Assembly: GCA_030265395.1 (NCBI GenBank) | Contig: JARFYF010000057.1 | Coordinates: forward strand, 20,452,973 to 20,516,972 | DNA: 64,000 bases | Reading direction: 5' to 3' | Source of the DNA: Rhina ancylostomus | Taxonomy: Eukaryota | Shown here: piece after piece, positions 1 to 12,336 of the stretch | How positions within the stretch are numbered: the first letter of the stretch is position 1 | Layout of the letters: every line of letters begins with the position of its first letter | Made by a program: the position numbers and the translations under genes | Notes under the pieces: model-generated | The model's database searches: none | What the model saw: the letters and a program-made list of their open reading frames with translations, nothing else | Told to the model about the DNA's origin: nothing

Positions 1-399
1 TTCCACTTCATAGAAATGACAGAGCACATTACATGCAAGCATAGGTCTACATGTGCCTGATGTCTATGTGCACATCTATAGAACAACTTAACAGTAAAAA
101 GATACTCACTAAAAGTCAGAAATTAGAGTCCTCTGAACAGCTCGAGGAGAATAGTTTCTTTTCTCCATACATTTACATTATAGAAAAACTTTGCATCATG
201 TTGTCTATCCCCATATTAGAATGGGAAAGCTTACTTGTAATAACTGAAGATCATACTATCAACAGTAAAAATAAGATGTATAGCTCATTGTAGACCAAAA
301 TTTAAGTTCCATAAATTTCTAGGTGCACTCAATTTTAAAGGTACAAATCATTAATTAATGTGTCAATAATTGGCAGTAATCAGGAATTACCATGCCATT

Positions 400-675
400 G
401 AGTGAGAGTTACACAGCAAGGAAAAAAGGTCCTTTGGCTCAACTTGTCTATATACCAACCAAGATGCCTTCGTGAGGAAGTCCCATTTTCCTGTATTGGA
501 CACATATATCCCTCTAAACTTTTCCTATCGATGAATAGTTCCAAGTGTCTTTTAAATCTTATTGTACCTGCCTCTACCACTTCCTGTGGCAGCTTGTTCC
601 ATATATCCACTACCCTCTGCATGAAAAACCTATCCCTCAGGTCCCCTTTAAATCTTTTCCCCCTCACCTTAAAGT
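400..675 (-). mobile_element. CR1-type LINE 3' fragment
   Basis: Translates as FKVRGKRFKGDLRDRFFMQRVVDIWNKLPQEVVEAGT, the typical CR1 ORF2 C-terminus. Confidence 0.85.
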
Positions 676-2108
676 GAGATTGAGATGCATTAGCCCAGAG
701 TTTAAAGTTAGTCCTTTGTTTAAAGCTTATCCACTCTGAAAAGTACAGTCCACACAAGGCAAAGTTGCAATTTAATGCCATTCAACATAGTAGTAGGACA
801 AGTAAGCTTCAAGTCAGTGTATTCAGGACAGGGCAGCTTCAGAGCTTTCGGATTAACAACCCTTTGGTAGATATGGCTTGATTTCAGCACAAATTATTTG
901 TGAACAGTTAAAATCTGTCCCCATATTTCCTAAAAGCTAAATTCACAGATTTGGAACACCTATACAAGCATTAACTTATTAGCCTGAGATTCCCAAAAAG
1001 CAGAATATTATTTTTACATATGACTGGCAATGCAATATTAAAGATGTCCTACAACTAATTCTTTTAGGGTGCATGTTAAATGCTGTTAAATTCAGTTTTG
1101 TTATTGAGATACTCTGTTGCTGCATACACTATAAAAACTAAAAATGTCCAAATATTTGCACCATATTTAAACATTATGCGAGGACAGCTCATGTGGCTGA
1201 AACAGCAAACTGGTATGGTAAGTCACTGTTGCTGGCAAAGCAAACAGTGCACGTCACAGGATCAGCTGTATGACTCCATACATTTTTTTAATACAATTTG
1301 AAGCCAAAAAGTGAAATAAGGTTCTCCTAGTTTAAATACTTCAACTCTGGTTGTGGAGAAAATTTGTTGCAAAGACAGGAGTTGTAAATGTTAGAAATTA
1401 TTGGCAAAGATCCCAAATAGAAAAAAAACTTTTACACTTTTGTTGGATCAGCTCTGAGGCATTTGGGTCAAAGTGCAAGTGTGATAGTTACAGCGACTTT
1501 CACTGTGGTTATCAAATATACATTCAGGCAAAGAAGAGGGCAACTGCTTTTTGCAAGGCACTAACCTTTTCATATCTGTGCTTCAAGTTCAGTGTGAATA
1601 TTAGCTGAGAACACTATACTCTAAACCTTAAATGGAGATTATCCTTGGTAACACATGCAAATGTTGCAATGCATTAAAGTACAAATTTGAACACATTTAC
1701 ATATTCTACATATGGGATTAAAATTGTGTGATGTTACTGGATGATGTACTTGATCACAGAGTCTGAGAAAGCACTTAAACCAGACACAGCTCTTGGTGTT
1801 TCTGCATGGGGTCTCCACATTTCATGTTGCCATAGACAAAGCTCACTCCCAAACCCTTTTTGGGATTCAAGGCACTCAGGGAGGCTTTGAGCACATCTTT
1901 GAATCCTTTCTTCTATCTGCATGTGGGAGAGCCACAGACATGGGGATACAGTTACAAACTAAGGGGCCAATCATCTAAAACTGAGGTGCGTACAGATTTC
2001 TTCTCCCAGATGTCTCTACAATCCTTTGGGGCAAATTAGAAATATTTAAGGTGGAGATAGATTATTATTTGAAAGATCAAGGAATTGAGGGCTTGGGGAA
2101 CTGGCTCA

Positions 2109-2827
2109 TGTTACATACCAGCAACAAAAGAAACAACACACCGAGTCATGTATGAGTGTTAGACACCATTTTATTAATAAATCACTTATGATAATCAGAA
2201 AAAGCAAAAATGTTAGAAGTAAAAGTGTTAGATCTTAAACATTAACCCCCAAAACTAAACTCAAAGTGTGTGTGCAGCAAATTCCTAAACTCCAAATTCA
2301 GGAATAGTTCTCAAAGTTCAGTTCAGCAAGCCACAAGGTGAAACGTGAGCAAAGACTTCTGCAAAACCACCGTTGACTGAAGAGGAAATGTAGAGAGAAA
2401 ATAGAGTAATTATGAAATCCAAATGTTCCACGATGGAAGGCATACGACACCTCAATCACTGATAATCTCCATTCCTTTGTTCCAAAGTATCTGCCACCCC
2501 GAAAGGCATTCGAGACGTGGCCGTCCACACAAATACCTGTTTCCTTCTACAGGTTAATGACAAAGGAGACTCCACTGGATTATTCCAAAAATCCATATGT
2601 GGATTGTAGTGACAGACGTAGTTATTATTTTTCATCCATCGATACAGAGACCAGCAGGCAGTGTCTTTCTTTGTCCTCACTCTCCTGACTCTGACTGAGC
2701 CAAAACGTCAGCACGTTGTTATTTCCTGTTGTTGTCATAATAACGCCACGCACACGCACACACACACGCACACTACTGTACTATGTCTTAAAGGGACATT
2801 CACCAAATAATAACCTAATCTTTAACA
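2109..2827 (-). mobile_element. LTR-like element (TGTTA...TAACA), probably a retrotransposon LTR
   Basis: Inverted TGTTA/TAACA termini, poly(A)-like signal, internal (CA)n. Ends are homologous to 3643-3762 and 20993-21075. Confidence 0.7.
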
Positions 2828-3090
2828 GGTGAAACTTCTTTTGTCTCGGAGGGTCATGAATCTTTGGAACTTTGCTCCTCAAAGGGCAGTGAAAGCAGCG
2901 TCTTTGAATATTTTAAAATAAGGAATAGACGGATACATGTTAAGGAAGGGGGTGAAAGGCTGCCAGAGGTTGATGGGAATGTGGAGCAGAGGTGACTGCC
3001 AGATCAACCGTGGTCTTTTTTCAATGACAGTAAGCTTGAGCGGCTGAGTGGCCGACTCCTGGCTCTTAATTCTTATGTTCCTTTGTTTGA
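2828..3090 (+). mobile_element. CR1-type LINE 3' end
   Basis: GAGGGTCATGAATCTTTGGAAC...AGATCAACCGTGGTC...GGCCGACTCCTGGCTC...TCTTATGTTC tail. Confidence 0.7.
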
Positions 3091-3642
3091 AGTGATCAAC
3101 TTTGCACAGCCAGCCATGGTGCCTTCACAACACAGGATGTTGTCTCTGAGATTGAATGTGGAACAATACAAATTAAGTGCTTGGTGAGCACTCTGTGGCA
3201 TTGTTCACTGAAATGAAATGCCCAGACATGAGAAGGTGAATGGGGGGAGAGGGATCAGGCACTGTATATCTGTAATCTTGAGACAGTTGAGGAGAAAATG
3301 TAGGGAGAATCAAAAAATACAATTAAGGTAGGATTAGCCACATTTGGTTTGCTCAGTGTTTAGTGGACAGGACACACCTTGGCGACCTTCCACATCGTTG
3401 GATATTGGTATTGGTTTATTATTGTCACTTGTACTGAGGTACAGTGAAAAACTTGTCTTGCATATCAATCGTACAGGTCAATTCATTACACAGTGTAGTT
3501 ACATTGAGTTAGTACAGAGTGCATTGATGTAGTACAGGTAAANNNNNNNNNNNNNNNNNNNNNNNNNNNNNNNNNNNNNNNNNNNNNNNNNNNNNNNNNN
3601 NNNNNNNNNNNNNNNNNNNNNNNNNNNNNNNNNNNNNNNNNN

Positions 3643-3762
3643 TCTCTCTCCCTCTCTCTGACCACTCCAAAAAACATCATGTCATTATCTCCATTGTCAT
3701 AATCACACCCCGCACACATTGTTTTAAAGGGACATTCACCAATAGTAACCTAATCCATAACA
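3643..3762 (-). mobile_element. Second LTR end of the same family, adjacent to a gap
   Basis: TTAAAGGGACATTCACCAA..TAACCTAATC..TAACA shared with 2788-2827. Confidence 0.65.
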
Positions 3763-4059
3763 TTCAGAAGAGTTTAACTAGGATAGATCAGCCATGATCA
3801 TATTGAATGGCAGGTAGATACAAGAGGCTTGATGGCCTGCTCCTGCTTTCATATTCTCTTCAAGAGCCTGGTGTTGGTCACACAGGTAAAATGGCCAGTT
3901 CAACATAGCCAAATCAAGTGTAAACAGGGCCCTGATGTTGAGGGTTTTGGCTTAGAAGAGGACACCAACAGTTAGCTCATCCTTTGAGTGAACTGAGGAT
4001 TTTACAGTCCCTTATTATGCCATGTTAGCTGTTAAATACAATTGTCCCACGCACTATAG

Positions 4060-4352
4060 GATATATTAGAATCATACAACAATGGCAACAGACTCTTCAA
4101 CTGCTCATTCACATTGTCATTTTTATTCTCCCCATTTTGCCCCCCCAACCCAAATTCTACCACTCAGCTACATACTTGGGGCAATTTACAGTGACCAATT
4201 AATCTTCCAAACGACATGCCGTTGGGCTATGGGAGGAAACCTATACTAAATTGCACAAAGAACACAAACTCCACACAAATAGCACTGGGAGGTCAGGATT
4301 AAACCCAGGTTGCTGGAACTGTGAGGTAGCATTTCATTTGGTTGTGTCACTG
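4060..4352 (-). mobile_element. V-SINE/HE1-like tRNA-derived SINE
   Basis: Reverse complement of the element at 28180-28625 (GGGCAATTTACAGTGACCAATTAA...CAAACTCCACACA...GGTCAGGATTAAACCCAGG). Confidence 0.7.
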
Positions 4353-6056
4353 TGATACACTAATATTGTTAGGAACAAAATATTTTTTACAAAGTAAAAG
4401 CTAAACAGACTACAAACTTGGTAGCAATAAACTCTTGCTATCAGAATACAATGCTCCTTGAGTTGTGCAATATCCCAAACAGTTCATTCGTACCAGAGGT
4501 GAAACATGTTTTTGAAGGACTTAAATCATTTAGTTCTGGAAGACAAACTGGTTACATCAAATGCTACATTTTATTATCTCTTTGCCATATGTATTTTTTA
4601 AAAAAATTAACAACTAGTTATATTGCTCATTCTTCCAAATTTATCAGTTGCTGAGTATTCATTCCAAATTCAAAGTCCAGAGATATGCCAAGTGATAAAG
4701 GTGCTAGCTTTGATTTTGGTCTCTGGTTATGAATAGAGAGTTCCAATATACAAAGGAAAAAAGTTGTTGAGATTTTTAAATAAGTATTTAAAACACTAAC
4801 AAGATAGAGATTAGGTATTTTGTGTGGACAATTCTCAACCCATTTATTAATTGATCTCATTAAAATACAAATCTCTTCATTGATTCAAAAAAAGTGTTGC
4901 ATCACAATTAAGGCAAGAATTTTTCCCAGTATTATCAAAGTGTTACCCATTTTCCATTTGGCCGGTTACATCTCTAAATTTAAGAAATCCTTGAAGTATG
5001 GAGCAACACAGAAAATGCTACAGTCATTCTACCACTTGCAAATCCAACATAAGCTAATAAGTCTTCCCTGGAACTCCATATGAAAACAATATATTTACTG
5101 AAACACAAAGGGAAATGCGTCTTTTTGCATTAACAACTAACAATCTGAGAATGCACAAATTCCTTACAGACAGTGGCAGAATTGAAAAATATCAGAAGAC
5201 TTGCAAATTTCTGGGAGCAGAACTGGTGCACTTGCTACAGTCAAAAAATATGCAAATACTTGCTCCATACTGAAATGAAAATTCACGGACTATAGCACCA
5301 GCATGAATATTTCACTATCTATCATGAGTCACAAAAATGATTATTCTGGATTTGAAAGGGATTTTCAACTTGATGCAGCTGGGTCCTTTTCAGTCAAGGT
5401 GCTAGAAATTGGAGAAGGGTTTGTGGTGTAGATAGATTTAAAAAGTTAGTGAAACATAACAAAGAAATTTCAGCAGATTGCTGGAGAAGTGGACACTTTT
5501 ATAATATATCAATCTTATCCTTGAAGAAATCCCATTGTGTTCATGAAAAGTGTTGAATCAGACATAATAGTGGTCTAAAAAAATCCACTGTAATATACAA
5601 GACAGATTAACTGGCCTAACTGATCCATGTCAACCTCCTTGATTTTTATTCATTAATCCCCATTAACAAAATGCTCTGTTCTACTTCTAGCTTTCCCTTA
5701 AATACATCTACACATTTCTCCTCTCCAGTCTATATTTTGGTAAAACTCTTTGGTTAAAGTAGTTTCACCTCAATTCCCGAATGGATTTAGTAAATTCCTT
5801 ATTTATGATTCAGTTTTGATCTTGCACTAATGGAAACATTTTCTGTATCTACCTTAAACCCCATCTTAACTATTAGGTCACTCTGAAGATTCTAGAGTGT
5901 TAAATCTTTCTGGGATGGTATTAGCTCAGATCAGGCACTACTTCTGTAATTTTTTTCCACTATATATTCATCAATCCCCTTTTCTTAAGATACCCCCTAA
6001 TAATAGTCATTCACAATAATGTACTCCATGCAGAGGTCCAAAGCAGAATGATGAAT

Positions 6057-6260
6057 TCACCTATACCCTGCCTGCGGGTACTCCTCCCCCACCTTATTCT
6101 GGCTTCTGCCCTCTTCCTTTCCAGTCCTGATGAAGGGTCTCGGCCCGAAACGTTCACTATTTATTTCCTTCCATAGATGTTGCCTAACCCGCTGAGTTCG
6201 TCCAGCACTTTTTGTGTATTGCTCCAGATTCCGGCGTCTGGAAATTTTTCTTGTGTCTCC
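6057..6260 (+). mobile_element. Penelope-like element 3' end with minimal hammerhead motif
   Basis: CTGATGAAGGGTCTCGGCCCGAAACGTT...ATAGATGTTGCCTAACCCGCTGAGTTCGTCCAGCA; homologous pieces near 8550-8660, 9600-9700, 34035-34180, 56680-56890 and 57970-58350. Confidence 0.7.
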
Positions 6261-6982
6261 ATGATGAATTTTAAATTGTCTTTTGCAATGGTTAACTAAA
6301 CATAACAAAACCCCTTTCAAATGTAACCTAATGGAGACGTTTTCACGTTTCATCCTTCCTCAATTTTTTCTTTCCCTTCCCTTAATTACTACATTTTATT
6401 CAAAAACGCGGTCTGCTCTTTAAACAACTACTGTTATCGGCTAGTTAACAACCCTAAAAAAGGGGCCAATTCTGTCACTGTTGGACATGTTATAGTCTTT
6501 GTTAAAAATACTCGAGGCCAGACAGTGGTATCAAGTAATTCTGATTAAAAATTAAGAGACAATACATTGCAATTGAGATTTAAACCATTAACACTGGATG
6601 CTTGATTAATCTAGCCAACACTAGATTTGAGGCCAGGTGTGGTTGACTGAAAAATGCAGTTTCAGTCAGATGTTTTCTCAATAAACTAATCGAATTATCT
6701 CGTTTCTGGTCCTCTCAGCACGCGAAGTACAATTCTAAACTTTAATAGAGCTAACGCTCTCGCATGGACCAAGTACGCGAATTATCATGAAAGCAACCGA
6801 CCTGGAGCATTCATTACTGAACCGTCATACCTACTGACCCTCCAGCATTGCTTGTAACATCGTAAGCATACATTATTTTTGTTTATTTTTAAAAACAAGA
6901 TCATATTCTCAAGTTGCATAATTATAACCACGTTTGCATTCAACAATGATACAAAGATTGTTAGAGAGCATCTGTTACTCAC

Positions 6983-7097
6983 CTGTGGCCAGATGGTATT
7001 TACGCACTCCTGTTTTCTTCTCAATCTTTTCCAGAATATTGGTGAAGAAGTTCTTCTCTTCTAGGAACTTTTCAAAGCGCTCACGTAAGGAAGGCAT
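6983..7097 (-). CDS. REEP6: REEP6 (DP1/Yop1 family) first coding exon; remaining exons presumably left of the window
   Basis: Reverse strand reads ATG...MPSLRERFEKFLEEKNFFTNILEKIEKKTGVRKYHLAT+G (115 nt), then a GTGAGT donor. Matches the REEP5/6 N-terminus; head-to-head with PCSK4 as in human favours REEP6. Not in the ORF track. Confidence 0.85.
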
Positions 7098-7276
7098 TTT
7101 TGCAATTGGTCCGGTTTATTTTTCAGTACAGCCTACGCTCCAAGTAGAAAACAGCAGCAAACAGTACAAAACCCCAACTCACACCACTGATGGCAAAACT
7201 CCTAAACCCCGAGTTGCTGACTCCGGTTTTACTTCCAATCCGTTTAGTCACTGTTCAATCCGCTTGCAGGAGCCGT

Positions 7277-7317
7277 ACTTCCGCCCCCATCCTCTGACGC
7301 AGTAAGTACCCAATTGG
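7277..7317 (-). promoter_or_regulatory. Putative REEP6 proximal promoter (ETS/GC box, half-CRE, CCAAT)
   Basis: ACTTCCGCCCCC (7277-7288), TGACGCA (7295-7301) and CCAATTGG (7310-7317), about 180-220 bp upstream of the REEP6 ATG in a locally CpG-richer stretch. Confidence 0.5.
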
Positions 7318-7919
7318 AGCAACCATTCATATCTCATCCTCCTGTCTGTGTGCACATTTATCCCTGTCGCGACCGAAAAGTCGAGACACTCTTCAGGAAG
7401 CAGAGACGTTTCCTTTTTTGTTTACCACAGTATTGACCGTTCTGATATCCGATTTATTAAAATGAGTATAGAGGTGCTGCAGCGGGGGAATAAAGAGTCA
7501 TTACATGAAACAATTGGGCAGGATAGATCACCTTTGTCCAGTCATATGATCTTACAGAGGTGCTCTAAAATTATGGTGGCATTTGATTGGTTGGTAGGGT
7601 AATTGACCACTACAAATTGTGTCTAGTGTCCCCAAAAGTTCATTTTAAAACCAGAATAAAAAAATCTTGAGAAGTAGGAGACCTGATGGAAGTTCATAAA
7701 ATTATGAAAGGCGTAGATAGCTGGTAATTCTTCCCAGGGTCGAAATGTCTGATACTAGAGCGCAAGTATTTAAGGCGACAGGGGGGATGTTCAAAGGAGA
7801 TGTGTGGGGCAAGATTTTTTTTTACGTAGAGAGTATGTAGAACAAATGAATAAAACTGGGATTTTTTTTGGCATTTAGTGTCATCCATTCAATTCTCGAG
7901 GTCAAATTGAATGGTGAAT

Positions 7920-8245
7920 TGGTGGCTAAATTGCTGACCAAGACTACTAATTCAGAGATTTTAGCATGGCAGCTGGGGAATTAAAATAAACTATTATCAA
8001 CAATACTGACCCCGAAACAACTGGATTGTTGTTAAAAACCTATCAAACATTCTCATGTCCTTTAGGAAGGGAAATCCACCATCTTGACCTTGTCTGGTTA
8101 ATGTGTGACTCCAGTTTTACCAAGATAGTTGATTCTTAACTGCCTTCTGAAATCCCTAGCAAGCCACTTGGTTCAAGGACAAGTAGTAATACGCAGTAAA
8201 TACTGGACTTGCCAGTGACATTCACTTCTGCAAATGAATTAAAAA
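7920..8245 (+). mobile_element. Degenerate SINE (family unassigned); second copy at about 19520-19810
   Basis: Shared core TTGTTAAAAACC...GGAAATCCACCATCTTGACC...TGTGACTCCAG and a 3' tail ending CTTGCCAGTGACATTCAC. Confidence 0.5.
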
Positions 8246-8844
8246 AAATAAAGCCAGCGAAGTCAGAAGATTCAGCAAAGAGAAATCTGCCAAATAATAA
8301 ATCAAGGCAATTGTGCTTTTTGATGATTCATGTAACATAATTCCAGCTTTTTTTCCCAAACAATTCCAACATCAAAACAGACAACCACAAATCATGTGGG
8401 ATTCTTCTAACTGAAATCCAGATACAGTACAGACATTAACATTGAAATTGTTTGGAGATGGATAAAAGCAAAGGCTGGCCCTAATGACGGGGATTTTAAC
8501 AGAGATAATAGCAGAGTGGTAGAGACGGAAGCATTCCTCCCCCGTCCCATGAAAAATCAGAAAACTGGAAATCTGAAAAAAAATGCTATAAACACTCAAC
8601 AGGTCAAGAGCAGCAGTGGAAAGAGAAACAGAGTTAACGTTTCAAGTTGAAGACCCTTCCTGGTAACTTGGGAAGAGTGAAGGATGTTAGTTCTATGTTG
8701 CTAAAGTGGTGTGGAGGTTCTGCCCCACATTTGGCCGTTTCGACAGAGAAGGCTATGGACCTACTGACAGTGAATGGGATTACTGTAGAGCACCTACAGA
8801 TGCTCCGCATCTCAGTCAATGCCAGCCTCTGGCTTGAGTTTACC

Positions 8845-9535
8845 TGGCCGTGACGTCACGCCTGGATGACGTCACGCGAGCCCGCTGGCCGTCCGCCGGC
8901 GGACCCCCGCGCACGACGTCGCCCTCCGCTGGCCGGCCTGTGACGTCACCGGCACTCAACCGCCGCCCTCGAGCTCCCCACCCCCGGCGACCGTTGCAGC
9001 GCGGCGGCGGCAGCTGGNNNNNNNNNNNNNNNNNNNNNNNNNNNNNNNNNNNNNNNNNNNNNNNNNNNNNNNNNNNNNNNNNNNNNNNNNNNNNNNNNNN
9101 NNNNNNNNNNNNNNNNNNNNNNNNNNNNNNNNNNNNNNNNNNNNNNNNNGACTCGGAGCGGGAAGAATGTTCCAGAGTATTTGCTGAGCGGCGGGTGGTC
9201 TGCCCCCCTCTTCCCCCTCCCCCTCCGGCATGGCAGAGGATAAAATGGCGTAGTCGGGAGCAGCCAGGCGAGTGGCGGCCACAGCGGGCGGGGAACTCGC
9301 GCACTCTCCCCACCCACACCTCCTCCTTTCCCCTCGTTATGACTGGCATCGGCCGCCGCCTGCTGCTGCTGCTGCTGGCGTTCGTCGGCCGCCTGCTGGG
9401 CGGCGGCGCCGGCGGCCGGGAGCTCTACACCAACACCTGGGCGGTGCGCATCCCCGGCGGGGCGGAGCACGCCCACAACATCGCCTCCAGGCATGGCTTC
9501 ATCAACCTGGGACGGGTAATGGCTCCCTTAGCCGA
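8845..9535 (+). promoter_or_regulatory. CpG island / PCSK4 promoter with three perfect CRE palindromes
   Basis: Very GC- and CpG-rich against an AT-rich background. TGACGTCA at 8851, 8867 and 8941; YY1-like AAAATGGCG at 9242. Interrupted by N-gap 9018-9149. Confidence 0.8.
9339..9515 (+). CDS. PCSK4: PCSK4 exon 1 (signal peptide, prodomain start)
   Basis: MTGIGRRLLLLLLAFVG...ELYTNTWAVRIPGG...HGFINLGR, followed by GTAAT donor. Confidence 0.9.
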
Positions 9536-10899
9536 ATAGTCAGTGTTCCACCCGGGAATCGTATCCTTTTTATTTTGATGCTTTGGACTTGAGTTGATTC
9601 CAGGCGAAACGTCGACTGTCCATTTCCCTCCACAAATGCTGCCCGACCCGCTGAGTTCCTCCAGTATCTCAACTCTTTTCTCTGCATCTGCGCTCTCTTG
9701 TGTTTCCAAACTCTTCTCTAGAGAGACTTGCACTCCAAAGTGCTTTCAACCAAAGAAGTTCATTATGGTGGGAAGACACCCGTTCCACTGCAGGCCCCTG
9801 CCAACTGTGCGAAAATCTCTTGATGTTGTTGATTCAGGGACACTTGTTGACCAGGGCTCTAAAAATAATTCCCCTGCTCGGAAATGGAGCCGGCACATCC
9901 GACTCCACGCCCCCGTCATCTGCAGAAATACAGCATAAACCTGTAATGTTTCATTCAAAAGACAGCCCACGGGCTGCCAGCCACTCCACTTAAAACTATC
10001 TTTCAAAAGCTGGACAACGTCCAGTAGTAGTTGTGTCTTTGTTAAACTATGTTTTGACTTTGGAAACATCTTTGTTTTAACATCACTCGAACTCTTCTGG
10101 GGAAGAGAGACGCTGGAAATTCTTTAATTCGTATACTTTAAAAAAATACTTGGGCCCTTCTGAAAAAAATAATTTGACAGACACCAAAGTATGTACGTAT
10201 AGTCATTGCTGATTGTAGGAAGTTGACACATTTTAGTGCCCTAACATCTGAAAGTCGTTGCCGTACTGCTGAAATGAAAACTGTTGCAGTGCTGTTTTTG
10301 CAACAGTGATAAAACAAAGCTAGTAAATGCCGAAAAATAACGAAATCTGAAGATTTTTTAAAGGGTATTTGTGATAAGATATCTTCTTGATCACCGATGG
10401 GAGCAATTTTAAGTGGCAAACATCAAATAAGAAGAGCCATATATTGTTAAAGTATACTGGGCACTGTTGCTTTTCTTTTGCCTATTAAACTGTCAGATCT
10501 GATGTGTACATGGTGAATAAATTCTAATTTTGGAAAAGTGGTGGTAGCATTTGATATATATTTTACTAGTTTTTCTCAAGTTTCATTTTGCACCAAAGAA
10601 ATACACTGTGTTTCCAACGAAGGCACTTTTAAATTTTGCACTGTGAAGTTATTCTTGATGTCAGTTTGGTCAAAGTAAATCTCTTGCCTCTTGAGTTGGA
10701 AGGCTAAGAGTGAAATGCACTATTTCTGGATGAAATGATGGTGGCATAAAACTAAGTGGATATGTGAGTAGCAAATAATAATGTAACAAGGTATTGTGAG
10801 GATTGACAGACTGAGTGGGGAACAATATGGCAGATAGATTATGTGGAAAAAGCCAATTTAATAGGAAAAAATCTTTCGATGGAGAGAATGGGGAAAGGA

Positions 10900-11480
10900 T
10901 GCTGTGTATACACAAGTCACTGAAAACTGTTGAGTACAAGTGTAAAGGTGTTTTGCTACAATTTTATACAGGGCCTTGAAACAGCAGTTGGTGTATTGTG
11001 TACAATTTTGGTCTCCTTTTTGTGGAGGGAGTTCAGTGAAGGTTCACCAGGTTTGCCCCTGGGTTGGCAGGTCTGTTATGTGAGGTGAGATTGAGTAGGT
11101 TAATTTAGGGATTAGAGAAATTAAGTAACTTGAAAGGTACGGTATTCTTGGAAGACTCAACAAGGCTTTGCAAGGAGGATGATTCGAGAACTAGGAGTTG
11201 CAGTTTCCAAATGATGGCCAATTTAGGACTGATATGAGAAACTTCTTCACTCATGGGGTGGTGAATCTTTGGAATGCTCCACTCTGTAGGTCTGTGGAGC
11301 TTTGGTCATGTTTTGTGTTCAAAATAAAGACCAATAGATTTCTGGTTACAGGAGAAATCAAGGAATGTTGGGGGGGGGGGTGGTGCGGGGGAAGGAACGA
11401 AAATGTGTTGAGGCAGAAGATCAGTGATGGTCTTGTTGAATGGTGGAGCAGACTGAATGGGCTATTCCTATTTCTTGCAT
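10900..11480 (+). mobile_element. Degraded CR1-type LINE 3' part
   Basis: Translates as FRTDMRNFFTHGVVNLWNAP..., followed by a CR1 3' UTR. Confidence 0.75.
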
Positions 11481-12336
11481 TCTTATCGAGGCTCCGTGCA
11501 GTAATCAGGGAGTGGTAAATGGATCATGTGCCATCCTACAAATTTAGAGGCATGTTAAAAAATTAAAGTAGGGGTTTGGACCACATTTCTTTGCTATTGT
11601 CATCAGAGTGTATTAATAGCTTGAAATTGCTGTTTATGGATTCTTATGCTATGCAAATTTTACACTACAAGTACAGTAACTGCATAAATTTTCAGGTCAT
11701 CAACATAATTACTAATAATTCCACCAGAGAAGAAACCTCTTTATCCAGATAGTGATGAGAATGAAGTACTTTCTACTAGAAGGTCTAGTTGAGACAAATG
11801 GGAGGCTGGATAAGCACAAGGGAGAAGGGAAGCGAGAGAAGATGGGAAGCAACTTGAAAATTACAATATTTTTAGAGAGATCAACAAGGTAGATAGGAGG
11901 ATGATTTCTGTGGCTGAGGAGTCTAGAACTTGATGCCACAGTCTCAAAATAAGTGATTATTTTAGATGAAACTCCAGTGTTAAGTAGCTCCTGTGTGTTA
12001 TTCTAGCTAAATTTGTAAATGTTTGTACACAAACATTGTGTGCATGGATTCTAGTGAAACTTGTATTTGTAATTATTTATTTTGCTAGATGAAGTCTAAA
12101 TATGTGTTTGTTGTAGTTAATGGCCTTTAACCTTTCATCTGGATGTGTTTAGTATTATAACAAAAGTCACTGCATCAACATTATGCAGTTCTGTTTCTAA
12201 ATAGACCAGGATAATTTGGCAGGAATAAGAGGAATTCTGTAAAATTCAACCCATCCAGTGATGGGATGATCATATTTGATCAAATAAATGTCAGAAGTAT
12301 CCATTTCAGAGTTCTCTTTTTCTCTATATTCTAAAG

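Noticed and set aside
1-6900. Further REEP6 exons (expected GYGA..LCN..GF.YPAY)
   Set aside because: No such peptide was recognised on the minus strand; exon 2 is probably left of the window or in a gap.
8840-9733. Several long overlapping ORFs on both strands
   Set aside because: Stop-poor CpG island crossing an N-gap; only 9339-9515 has homology and a splice donor.
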